A stretch of 64,000 bases of DNA from Candidatus Scatovivens sp. GTDB lineage: Bacteria; Bacillota; Clostridia; TANB77; CAG-508. The DNA is taken from NCBI GenBank assembly GCA_045646345.1, contig JAZRKN010000017.1, positions 1-64,000 of the forward strand. Direction: 5' to 3'. Of this stretch, positions 30,367 to 40,179 are shown in pieces; within the stretch, counting starts at the first letter, position 1, and the number at the start of each line of letters is the position of its first letter. Under the pieces are notes generated by a model that saw nothing but the letters and a program-made list of their open reading frames with translations, did not search any database and had not been told where the DNA came from. The position numbers were made by a program, and so were the translations under genes.

Positions 30367-31548
30367 ATGTGGGGAGATATAGCAATAGCCTTTTTAATAG
30401 CGTTTTTAACCGCTTTTATGGCAACGCCACATACAATAAAACTTGCTAAAAAATTAGGGGCAGTAGATACACCAAAAGATGCAAGAAGAATAAATAAAAT
30501 TACAATGCCAAGACTTGGTGGACTAGCAGTAATTGCTGGATTCTTTGTGTCAATAATATATTTACTAGTAGTAATGTCTATTGAAGATAAAATACAATTA
30601 TCTCAAGATAACTATGCAGGAAAATTATTAGGATTTGGAATAGGCGCTCTAATTATAGGAATAACATGTTTTATTGATGACGTAAAAGGAGTACCAGCAC
30701 TAATTAAATTAGTAGCTCAAATGCTAGCTGCGCTAGTAGTTATGAAATTTGGAATAAGAATTGACAATTTAGATATACCATTAATAAATGTTAATACTTT
30801 TGGAACATGGTTTTATCCGTTATTAACAATTTGTTGGATAGTTGGTATAACAAATGCAATGAACTTAATTGATGGATTAGATGGATTATCAACAGGAATT
30901 TCATTAATTTCTTGTTTATCATTATTAATAATCTTTTCATTAAATGGTTCACCAATAATTTCAATTGTATTAATAACAGCTTTAGGTGGAGCTTTATGTG
31001 GATTCCTACCATATAACTTTAATCCAGCTAAAACTTTTATAGGAGATACAGGATCAAACTTTTTAGGATACTGTTTATCAATTATTTCAATTTTAGGTAT
31101 AGCAAAAACATATACAGCGATAGTAATTGTTGCACCATTATTTGTTTTGGCACTTCCTATATTTGATACTTTATCTTCGATTGTTAGAAGAGTAATTCAT
31201 GGAAAATCTTTAAAAGCTATTATTCAACCAGATGCTAATCATTTACATCATAAAATGCTAAAAAAAGGATTTACTCAAAAACAAGCTGTATTAATAATGT
31301 ATGGATTAAGTGCTACATTTGGTATGTTTGCAATTATTCTTATGGATAGTGGAATATGGAAAGCATTATCATTTGCAATCATAATTGTACTTATAATTGC
31401 AGCAGGATATAAAGAATTTTTCAAACAAAGATTGTTAGTAGATATTGATACTGAACATCGAGATTCAACAGGCGATACTGCAGAAGTTGAAGTTATAACT
31501 GATGATATGATTGAAGAAGAAAATAGGAAAATAAGAAGAATAAAATAA
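30367..31548 (+). CDS. tagO: Undecaprenyl-phosphate alpha-GlcNAc-1-phosphate transferase (TagO/WecA, MraY family)
   Basis: PRLGGLA, IDD, NAMNLIDGLDGL, NFNPAKTFIGDTGS, HLHH. Confidence 0.88.
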   Translation: MWGDIAIAFLIAFLTAFMATPHTIKLAKKLGAVDTPKDARRINKITMPRLGGLAVIAGFFVSIIYLLVVMSIEDKIQLSQDNYAGKLLGFGIGALIIGITCFIDDVKGVPALIKLVAQMLAALVVMKFGIRIDNLDIPLINVNTFGTWFYPLLTICWIVGITNAMNLIDGLDGLSTGISLISCLSLLIIFSLNGSPIISIVLITALGGALCGFLPYNFNPAKTFIGDTGSNFLGYCLSIISILGIAKTYTAIVIVAPLFVLALPIFDTLSSIVRRVIHGKSLKAIIQPDANHLHHKMLKKGFTQKQAVLIMYGLSATFGMFAIILMDSGIWKALSFAIIIVLIIAAGYKEFFKQRLLVDIDTEHRDSTGDTAEVEVITDDMIEEENRKIRRIK

Positions 31549-31865
31549 AAGATTTTAAGCTAGAAATAATATTCTAGCTTTTTTTATTGCTAAAAATGGT
31601 TTAAACCTAGAGAACCGTAAGGAAAATAAGGGGTTTGTGAAGATTTTGTGTTTTTTGAAATGATAAAAATACTGCTAATCAAATCTAATTGGTAGTAAAT
31701 AAAAGAAAATAAGAGGAAAAATGATGTAGTAAATGTGACGTGAACATAAATTAAAATGAGTTAAATATTAGAATTAAAACTAGTTAAAACGCTTTAAAAT
31801 GAACGAATATGAGTTTGACAATTTACATAAATTTATAGTATAATATTGCTTGAGGTTAGATTTTT

Positions 31866-32903
31866 ATGTATTATAATTGGAAAGATAAAACAGATACTAA
31901 TGAATTAAAAGTAATTTGTAATTTAATAAGAAATGGTGAGCTTGTTATCTTTCCTACAGAAACAGTATATGGGATTGGTGCAAACGCATTAGACGAGAAT
32001 GCAGTTGGAAAGATATTTGTAGCCAAAGGAAGACCTTCAGATAATCCTTTAATTGTTCATATTGCAGATAGAACAAAAATTAAAGATATAGCTGAAGATA
32101 TAACAGAGATGGAACAAATCTTAATTGATGCATTTATGCCAGGTCCATTTACTATTATATTAAAAAGAAAACCAGTTGTTCCAGATATAGTTACGGCGGG
32201 CTTAGATACCGTTGCTGTAAGAATGCCAGATAATATAATTGCAAGAGGAATTATTCAATTTTCTGGTGTGCCAATTGCAGCACCAAGTGCGAATATATCT
32301 GGAAAACCAAGTGGAACCAGTATAGAAGATATTAGAGCTGAACTTGAAGGAAAGGTTTCGGCTATTGTTGATGGTGGAGAAACTCAAATAGGACTTGAAT
32401 CTACAGTTGTTAAGGTAGTAGATGAAGTACCAGTAATTTTAAGACCTGGAAAAATAACACCAGAAGATATAAGAAAAGTTGCTGGATGCGTTAAAATTGA
32501 TTCAAAAGTGTTTGAACAAGTTAAAGAAGACGAAGACGTAGAAAGTCCAGGAATGAAATATAGACATTATGCGCCAGAAGCAAGATGTATATTAGTAAAT
32601 TACTTAAATGAATTAGACCAAATATTTTATTTAAAGAAAATAATTAAAGAATGTGGTGAAGATGTTGTTGTAATAGGTTTTTCGGAACACAAAGACAAAC
32701 TATTTTTACCAGAAGGTAACTTTATAGATATAGGACCAAAAAATAATTTAGAAATTTATGCAAGAGAAATATATTCTGCTTTAAGAAAAGCTGATAAGTT
32801 AAAACCAAAGATTATACTAATCGAAGGTGTAAAAAAAGAAGGCATTGGAATCGCTATTATGAACAGACTATTAAGAGCAACAAGCTATGATGTTTTAGAA
32901 TAA
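31866..32903 (+). CDS. sua5: L-threonylcarbamoyladenylate synthase (Sua5 type)
   Basis: FPTETVYGIGA, KGRPSDNPLIVH, AAPSANISG, SPGMKYRHYAP, MNRL. Confidence 0.95.
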   Translation: MYYNWKDKTDTNELKVICNLIRNGELVIFPTETVYGIGANALDENAVGKIFVAKGRPSDNPLIVHIADRTKIKDIAEDITEMEQILIDAFMPGPFTIILKRKPVVPDIVTAGLDTVAVRMPDNIIARGIIQFSGVPIAAPSANISGKPSGTSIEDIRAELEGKVSAIVDGGETQIGLESTVVKVVDEVPVILRPGKITPEDIRKVAGCVKIDSKVFEQVKEDEDVESPGMKYRHYAPEARCILVNYLNELDQIFYLKKIIKECGEDVVVIGFSEHKDKLFLPEGNFIDIGPKNNLEIYAREIYSALRKADKLKPKIILIEGVKKEGIGIAIMNRLLRATSYDVLE

Positions 32904-32950
32904 AGAATTCTAAATAATGCCTTTATCCGTTCGGAAGTAAAGGAGTATTT

Positions 32951-34207
32951 ATGAAAAAAGAAATAAATTTTGGTATTGGGTTTATCACAGGTAGACCGAA
33001 TGTATGTAGAATAATAAACGCGTATTATAAACACTTAGTTGAACAAGTTCAAGATATGGATGTGAAAGTAAATTTCACTGTATTTATCTTATTTGATTTA
33101 ACTTATCAATTTACAACAAGAACAGACTTCTATGGAATTCTTCCAGAAGTTTATAAATATATGAAAATCAAATATATAACACCAGAAGAAATTGATGAAG
33201 AAAAGAAAATTCTTATTTCAAAATATGGTTTAACAAAAAGCGAAGCAGATTTATTTATTGGTAAAGGTTATGCAAAAGCTAGAAACATGATATTATATAC
33301 AGCTTTAAGAAAGAAAATGGATTATTTATTATTCTGGGATGATGATGAATATCCTTTAGCTAACATTAAAGAAGAAGGCGACACAGAAATTAATTGGCAA
33401 AAACAACCAACAATAAAACAACATATTTTGAATATTCAAAATGTTGATATTACATGTGGTGACAGATGTGGAATAATGAATCCTGTACCATATATTGAGT
33501 ATAATGAAGATTTTCAAGAAGAAGAATATAAAGCGTTTATTAATGGTATTTCTAACGAAGTAATAACATGGGATTATGTTTCAAAAACAAGAAAGAAAAA
33601 TGGATTTTTAAAATATGCAACTTCAGATATAGCATTTGGTAAAAAGGAACCAGAAATAGTTAGTAAAGACGGAGAAGCTCCTGTTATGTATGGTTCTAAC
33701 TTATGCTTAAACTTAAATCATATTGATAAAATACCTGCATTTTATAATCCACCAGGAGCTAGAGGGGAAGATACATTCTTTGCATGTGCTACTGTAAATA
33801 AAAAGACAACAGTTTTATCAATTCCTGTATATCATTTCCATGATGGATTTTTGAAATTTACAGGACTTATGAAAGAAAAATATCCAAAACAAACATTAAA
33901 AATATCATTAGAAGATAATGGAATTGAGCAAAGATTTTATAAAGCAGCTTTAGGTTGGATAAAATATAAACCATTATATTTTTACATAAATGAAAGAGAA
34001 AATTATAGAGAAATAATGGATACTGCAATTGAAAATTTGAAAAAAGGTGTTGGAAGTGTTAGTACCCAATTCGAAACATGCGATTTTGATTGTTTTGTAC
34101 CAGAACTTCAAGATTATGATAAAAATGTAAAAAAACATTATCAAGAATATTTAGAAACAAATAAGATTTGGGATAAATTAAAATCTCAAATGGTAGAAGA
34201 AAAATAA
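32951..34207 (+). CDS. Hypothetical protein, probable GT-A fold glycosyltransferase
   Basis: GYAKARN, YLLFWDDDEYP (DxD), GSNL, RGEDTFF resemble GT-2-like motifs. Confidence 0.6.
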   Translation: MKKEINFGIGFITGRPNVCRIINAYYKHLVEQVQDMDVKVNFTVFILFDLTYQFTTRTDFYGILPEVYKYMKIKYITPEEIDEEKKILISKYGLTKSEADLFIGKGYAKARNMILYTALRKKMDYLLFWDDDEYPLANIKEEGDTEINWQKQPTIKQHILNIQNVDITCGDRCGIMNPVPYIEYNEDFQEEEYKAFINGISNEVITWDYVSKTRKKNGFLKYATSDIAFGKKEPEIVSKDGEAPVMYGSNLCLNLNHIDKIPAFYNPPGARGEDTFFACATVNKKTTVLSIPVYHFHDGFLKFTGLMKEKYPKQTLKISLEDNGIEQRFYKAALGWIKYKPLYFYINERENYREIMDTAIENLKKGVGSVSTQFETCDFDCFVPELQDYDKNVKKHYQEYLETNKIWDKLKSQMVEEK

Positions 34208-34262
34208 TAAGAAAATCATCTCTTTTTGAGAGATGATTTTTATAAATTAGGAGATTCAAATT

Positions 34263-34694
34263 ATGTGTATAATTAGAGAATTTAGGAATGAAGATAAAGA
34301 TTCAGTAACAAAATTATGGGTAGATATTTGTGTTAATGAATATGGTTTTAAACATTGGCAAAAAGAACTTGAAGTTATTGATGATTTTGAAAATTTATTA
34401 GTTGCTGAAGTTGATGGTGAAGTTGTTGGAACAATAGCATATCAAGTATATGATAAAGAAACAGCTGAGCTAAAAAGACTATATGTAAATAACAAATGTA
34501 GGGGACTTGGAGTAGCAAATAAATTGTTAAGTTCGATAATAGAATCTATCAAGAATGATGGATATACAAAACTTTATTTAGAAACTTGGAAACAATTTGA
34601 AGGTGCAAGAAGATTTTATGAAAAGAATGGTTTTGTAATAAGAGACATCCAAAACGAAATGATATACCATTACATAAGAGATGTAGAGATATAG
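34263..34694 (+). CDS. GNAT family N-acetyltransferase
   Basis: ELKRLYV...RGLGVA, LYLET, ARRFYEKNGF. Confidence 0.9.
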   Translation: MCIIREFRNEDKDSVTKLWVDICVNEYGFKHWQKELEVIDDFENLLVAEVDGEVVGTIAYQVYDKETAELKRLYVNNKCRGLGVANKLLSSIIESIKNDGYTKLYLETWKQFEGARRFYEKNGFVIRDIQNEMIYHYIRDVEI

Positions 34695-34709
34695 AAAAGA
34701 GGAAAAAAT

Positions 34710-35303
34710 ATGTATTTAATAGTAGGTCTTGGAAATCCTGAGGCTGATTACTCAAAAACAAGACACAACATGGGATTTAATGTTATAAACAAGCTATCTG
34801 AAAAATATGGAATAGAAGTCAATAAATCTAAGTTTAAAGGGTTAGTAGGAAATGGAATAATGGAAGGCGAAAAAGTCGTTTTTCTAAAACCACAAACATT
34901 TATGAATTTAAGTGGTGAATCAGTTATAGAAGCAATGAATTTCTATAAAATTAATCCAGAAGAACTTGTTGTTATTTATGATGATATTGATATAGAACCA
35001 GGAGTTATAAGGATTAGAAGAAATGGTTCTGCAGGAACTCATAATGGAATGAGATCAATTGTTGAACATATCAAAACAGAAGCCTTTCCAAGAATTAGAG
35101 TTGGAATTGGAAAACCACAAGGACATATGGATATGATAAGTCACGTTATTGGACACATTCCAGAAGAAGAAGTAAAATTATTAGATGAAGGTGTAGAATT
35201 AGCTAAAAATGCAGTTATAGAGACTGTAAAAAATAGTATTGATTCTGCAATGAATAAGTTTAATAAAAAAGCTTTAGGAAATAATAAACAAGAAAATAAA
35301 TAA
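34710..35303 (+). CDS. pth: Peptidyl-tRNA hydrolase
   Basis: LIVGLGNP, TRHNMGF, KPQTFMNLSG, GTHNGMRS. Confidence 0.97.
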   Translation: MYLIVGLGNPEADYSKTRHNMGFNVINKLSEKYGIEVNKSKFKGLVGNGIMEGEKVVFLKPQTFMNLSGESVIEAMNFYKINPEELVVIYDDIDIEPGVIRIRRNGSAGTHNGMRSIVEHIKTEAFPRIRVGIGKPQGHMDMISHVIGHIPEEEVKLLDEGVELAKNAVIETVKNSIDSAMNKFNKKALGNNKQENK

Positions 35304-35323
35304 AGGTTAGCAAATATAGTAAA

Positions 35324-36493
35324 ATGAAAGAATTAATTATATTTAATGAAGAAAATAAAAAAGTTCTAGCATTACTTGAAGATGAAGAACTTGTTGAAAA
35401 ATATGAAGAATATGAAGATGATAAGTCTATTGAAGGTAATATTTATGTAGGTAAAGTTCAAAACATAATTACAGGACTTCAATCAGCTTTTGTAAATATT
35501 GGTGAAAAAAGAACCGCATTTATTCATGCTAAAGATATTTTACCAAAGATTGATATAACAAAAGAACAAAGATTAGAAGAACCACCAATAAATACATTAA
35601 TAAAACCTGGCGAACCAATTATAGTTGAAGTAAAAAGAGAAGCGGTAGATAAAAAAGGACCTAGACTTTCAACGCATATTAGTTTGAGTAGTAGATTTAT
35701 TGTGTTCATGCCAAATGCACCATTTATAACAATTTCTTCAAAAATTTCTGATCAAAAAGAAAGAGAAAGATTAAAAGAACTTGTAAAAAAATATTTACCA
35801 GAAAATACAGGTGCAATTGTAAGAACTGTTGCAGAAAATAAAACGGAAGATGAGTTAAAAGATGACATTTATGCAACTGTAGATAAATGGAAAAAAATAC
35901 AAGAAATTCCGATTGAAAATATACCACAAAAAATCTATGATAAAGGTGGGATTTTAAAGAAAACAGTAATAGATTTAGTGGATAACAAATTAGATAAAAT
36001 TGTTTTAAAAGATAAAGAAAATTTACCAGAAATAGAAGCAATTTTAGAGGAAATAAATGCTACAGCCAAAATAGAAATTGATCCTGATATATTATCAAAA
36101 TATTCTTTAGAAAAACAATTAAAAGCATTAAAATCAAATAAAGTTCAATTGAAAAGCGGTGCGTTTATTACAATAGATAAAACAGAAGCTTTAGTTGCAA
36201 TAGATGTTAATTCAGGAAAATTTATTGGTAAAAAAGATGTTGAAAAAACTGTTTTAAAAGTAAACTTAGAAGCAGCAAAAGAAATATCTAAACAAATAAG
36301 ATTAAGAGATATAAGTGGTATTATTATTATCGATTTTATAGATGTTAAATTAGAAGAGTCTAAAAAAGCAATAATACAAGCTATTATAGAAAATAGCAAA
36401 AAAGATAGATCAAAAATACAAGTAGAAGAATTTACTAAATTAAATTTAATGGAATTAACAAGAAAACATATAAATAGCAAAAAAGAAGATTAA
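35324..36493 (+). CDS. Rne/Rng family ribonuclease
   Basis: GNIYVGKV (S1), KGPRLST, IDVNSGK, RLRDISGIIIIDFID, ELTRK. Confidence 0.92.
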   Translation: MKELIIFNEENKKVLALLEDEELVEKYEEYEDDKSIEGNIYVGKVQNIITGLQSAFVNIGEKRTAFIHAKDILPKIDITKEQRLEEPPINTLIKPGEPIIVEVKREAVDKKGPRLSTHISLSSRFIVFMPNAPFITISSKISDQKERERLKELVKKYLPENTGAIVRTVAENKTEDELKDDIYATVDKWKKIQEIPIENIPQKIYDKGGILKKTVIDLVDNKLDKIVLKDKENLPEIEAILEEINATAKIEIDPDILSKYSLEKQLKALKSNKVQLKSGAFITIDKTEALVAIDVNSGKFIGKKDVEKTVLKVNLEAAKEISKQIRLRDISGIIIIDFIDVKLEESKKAIIQAIIENSKKDRSKIQVEEFTKLNLMELTRKHINSKKED

Positions 36494-36562
36494 AAGAAGA
36501 GTAAAACTCAAGAAACAGAAATTAAATTTATAATTTCGTTTCGAGAGTTTTATTTTTTATAA

Positions 36563-36591
36563 TTGACATAAAATATTGCTGGTGCTATAAT
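36563..36591 (+). promoter_or_regulatory. Consensus sigmaA promoter
   Basis: TTGACA-N17-TATAAT with TG extension. Confidence 0.8.
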
Positions 36592-36669
36592 GGGAAAGCT
36601 GGAAAATTTCTGGTAGTTTTGGTGCATTACATCCATATAGATTTTTCACTAGTAATAGGAGGGATTTTG

Positions 36670-36966
36670 TTGGAGGTTTTTGAGAGTGTTCTTTCGATGA
36701 TTACTGCTTGCTTTTTCATTTGGTGTGCGGCAACGTTCGTCGCTGCTGCAATTGAAAGAAGAAGTGAGAAGTGGTGGAATTTGGTAGTGGCAGGGATAAT
36801 TGAACTGGTATCAATGACGATATTTGTTCCTAACCTGAACAACATTTTTGAAACATTAGAAATGACGCAGCAATCAAGTAATATTGCTATGATAATTTCG
36901 ATTTTGCTTATTTTCGTAGTAACTTTGATTATTGCTGCTGTTGAACTGAAGAGACAAAAAACGTAA
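36670..36966 (+). CDS. Hypothetical three-TM membrane protein
   Basis: Start moved to TTG 36670 after SD AGGAGGG (36657-36663); three hydrophobic segments; terminator 37023-37052. Confidence 0.65.
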   Translation: MEVFESVLSMITACFFIWCAATFVAAAIERRSEKWWNLVVAGIIELVSMTIFVPNLNNIFETLEMTQQSSNIAMIISILLIFVVTLIIAAVELKRQKT

Positions 36967-37179
36967 GGACCAGCAAAGATGTAAGCACTAAAAAATACGG
37001 CAAAAAAATGTTTTGCGATGAGGTGGCGGGAGTTATAATCCTGCCATTTTTTATATATAAAAAACTTGATTTTTAAGAGTATTTTTGTTGTAAAAAAACA
37101 CACGTTAATATATAATATAATAGATAAAAAATATTTAAAGTAAGGAGAGCTTTGGCGAAAAAACAAAGCAAATAAAATT

Positions 37180-37419
37180 ATGGGTATAGGTTCATTTTTA
37201 ATTTCAATCTTTTTGTTAATTATTGTTTTAAAAATTATTGCATTACCATTTAAATTAATAATTAAATTTGTAATAAACTCAATAATTGGTGGATTAGCAC
37301 TTGCTGTGCTTGCTTTTTTCGGAATAGGAATTACAATTTATTGGTGGACAGTAGTACTAACAGGACTTCTTGGAGTACCAGGACTTGTAATTGCGATTAT
37401 AATAACAATACTATTATAA
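37180..37419 (+). CDS. bofA: Pro-sigmaK processing inhibitor BofA family
   Basis: PFK...K..INSIIGG and GLLGVPG motifs in a 79-aa hydrophobic protein. Confidence 0.8.
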   Translation: MGIGSFLISIFLLIIVLKIIALPFKLIIKFVINSIIGGLALAVLAFFGIGITIYWWTVVLTGLLGVPGLVIAIIITILL

Positions 37420-37483
37420 AATTATTTACAAAAGATAAATTATGAAAATGTAAAAAATAAAATGATATTTTAAGGAGTAAATA

Positions 37484-38795
37484 ATGAAAGTAGGATTTGT
37501 ATCACTTCGGATGTAGTAAAAATTTAGTAGATACAGAAATGTGTATAGGAATTTTCAAAAAAGAAAAATTTGAAATAGTAAATGATCCAAAAGATGCAGA
37601 AATTATTGTTATAAATACATGTGGATTTATAGAATCAGCAAAAGAAGAAGCAATAAACTGTATGCTTGAAATGGCTGAATATAAAGAATCAGGAAATTGC
37701 AAATATTTAGTTGCTATGGGATGTTTAGTTCAAAGATATAAAGCTGATTTAGAAAAATCACTTCCAGAAGTTGATTTATTTATAAGCATAGATGAATATG
37801 ATGATTTTTGGAATAAGATAGAACATTTGATAAATAGAAAAGAAAAATCAAAAAATACATTAGATTATTTAGATAGAGTAATTTCAACAGGAAATACAAC
37901 TGCTTATTTGAAAATTGCAGAAGGATGTAGTAATAACTGTACATATTGTGCAATTCCTTATATAAGAGGACCATTTGTAAGTAGAAAAATGGAAGATGTA
38001 TTAGAAGAAGCAAAAAAACTTGCTAAAAATGGAATTAAGGAATTAATAGTAATTGCTCAAGATACAACAAAATATGGAATAGATATTTATGGAGAATCTA
38101 AACTGGCTGAATTATTAGATGAGCTATGTAAAATAGATGGATTTAAATGGATAAGATTTTTATATTCATATCCAGAAAGTATTGATGACAAATTAATTGA
38201 TGTTGTTAAAAGAAACGACAAGATTTGTAACTACTTTGATATACCACTTCAACATTTTTCTGATAAAGTGTTAAGAAGAATGAATAGAAAAAGTGATAGC
38301 AAATCAATTAGAAATACGCTTCAAAAAATAAGAAAAGAAATTCCAGATGTAATTTTAAGAACAAGTTTAATAGTAGGTTTTCCAGGTGAAACAGAAGAAG
38401 ACTTTTTTGAATTATATGAATTTGTAAATGAAGCTAAATTTGAAAAATTAGGTGTTTTTAAATATTCAAAAGAAGAAGGAACACCAGCTTCTAGAATAAA
38501 AGAACAAGTTCATCCAAAAACAAAACAAGCAAGACTAGATAAAATTATGGCTTTAGAACAACAAATATCTAGAATAAAACTTGAAGAGAAAATCGGAAAT
38601 GAATATGAAGCTGTAGTTGATGGAATTTCAGAAGATGGTAAATTCATTTGTGCTAGAAGTTATATGGATATACCAAACGAAGATGGAACAATATTTATAA
38701 AAAATAATGGAAAAGTAAATCCAGGTGATTTTATAACATGTAAAATTATAGCGGTTAAAAATTATGACTTAATAGGTGAAATATTAGAAAAATAA
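37484..38795 (+). CDS. rimO: Ribosomal protein uS12 methylthiotransferase RimO, interrupted by a +1 frameshift at 37508
   Basis: SD AAGGAG plus ATG 37484 gives MKVGFVSL; the +1 frame continues GCSKNLVDTE, INTCGFIESAKEE, KIAEGCSNNCTYC (radical SAM) and a TRAM-like end. Confidence 0.9.
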
Positions 38796-38831
38796 TTAAT
38801 TATAAAATACTTTTATATAGGAGAAACGCCT

Positions 38832-40148
38832 ATGATGAAAAAGATTTTTAGATTTGTTGTACTAGCAATGGCGGTTGTAGGAATCGCGTATGGTATATGG
38901 TTTACAGTGAAAAGAAGTGTGCCAAATATTTCTCAAAAAGAAATAGAAGAAAAAATTTTTGGTATGATTCAAACTAAAACTGCAGAGACAACAGATTTTT
39001 ATACATATGGAAGAGCATTTAACTTAAAAGGAAAAATAACAAACATAAAAAAAGATAACTTTGAAAGTGTTAAATTGCTTATAACAGATGGAAAACAATT
39101 TGAAAAAGAATGTACATTAGCTTATGAATTTGATGATACAACTTTAAATTTTGTTTCAAATAATGAAATGAATGCGGGAATTATAGTAGATGATTTAGAA
39201 CAAGGCGAATACTATGTTTTATTAAGATTAAAATTAAACAATAGTAATAATCCTAGATACTATTCATTTAGTAATTCTTCAAAAGGAAATAAAATAAATT
39301 ATTATTCAATCACAAAAGATAATAAAAATAAATTAGCTGAAATTGATTTTTGTAAGAAAAGTTATAAAGAAAATGAATATAATTTATTATTAATAAGTGT
39401 TAAAGAAACTAATCTTCCAAATGAAATTTATGATATTGTAATTGATGCAGGGCATGGTGGAAGTGATAAAGGCGAAAAAGAAGGTAATGTAACTGAAGCG
39501 GATGTTACTTTAGAATATGCTAAATTATTAAAAACAAGTTTAGAAAACGAAGGATATAAAGTAGCATTAACAAGAGATGATAATAATTCTGGAACATATA
39601 CTTATACAAATATGTATGATTCAGATGGTAGAATTACAGAAGCATGTCGAACAAAAGCTAAATTGATGATTTCATTCCATATTAATCAAGGAAACAATGG
39701 ATTAAAAGGGTTAGAAATTTATTGTCCAGGAAATTCAAATTTAGATTTTGCAAAAGAAATGTCAAACAAGATAAAGGAATATACAGGAATTGAATTTTCA
39801 AATAATAGTTCATTCAAAAAAGCAGAAGGTGTATATGTTAAAAACTTTACAAAAAATGTAATAAAAGAATATGCCAATACTGCAAATCAAAAAGGTTATG
39901 AACCTTATAATATAACAACTAATACCCCTTATTTATATACAATAAGAGAGGTTGGAGGAATTGCAACAGGAGCTTATGTAGATGGTAGAAACACTGCATA
40001 TAGTGCTAATCAATATTATAATTCAAATCAAGGAATTGAATGTTATCAAATAGAACTTGGATATATTAAAAATGATTTAGACTTAATAGTAAATAGAAAA
40101 GCAGATTATATAAAAGCAATAACAGAAGCAATATGTAATAATTACTAA
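38832..40148 (+). CDS. N-acetylmuramoyl-L-alanine amidase (Amidase_3) with N-terminal anchor
   Basis: IVIDAGHGG, TEADV, ALTRD, ISFHIN, IELGY. Confidence 0.85.
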   Translation: MMKKIFRFVVLAMAVVGIAYGIWFTVKRSVPNISQKEIEEKIFGMIQTKTAETTDFYTYGRAFNLKGKITNIKKDNFESVKLLITDGKQFEKECTLAYEFDDTTLNFVSNNEMNAGIIVDDLEQGEYYVLLRLKLNNSNNPRYYSFSNSSKGNKINYYSITKDNKNKLAEIDFCKKSYKENEYNLLLISVKETNLPNEIYDIVIDAGHGGSDKGEKEGNVTEADVTLEYAKLLKTSLENEGYKVALTRDDNNSGTYTYTNMYDSDGRITEACRTKAKLMISFHINQGNNGLKGLEIYCPGNSNLDFAKEMSNKIKEYTGIEFSNNSSFKKAEGVYVKNFTKNVIKEYANTANQKGYEPYNITTNTPYLYTIREVGGIATGAYVDGRNTAYSANQYYNSNQGIECYQIELGYIKNDLDLIVNRKADYIKAITEAICNNY

Positions 40149-40179
40149 TCAAAAGATAAAATAAGAAAGAAGGTATACA

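Noticed and set aside
36627-37166. 179-aa minus-strand ORF
   Set aside because: Overlaps a plus-strand gene that has a consensus promoter, SD and terminator; its composition looks like antisense and intergenic sequence.
37497-37508. ORF-track start of rimO at TTG (MYHFGC)
   Set aside because: No well-spaced SD, and it loses the conserved KVGFVSL strand encoded in the upstream frame.
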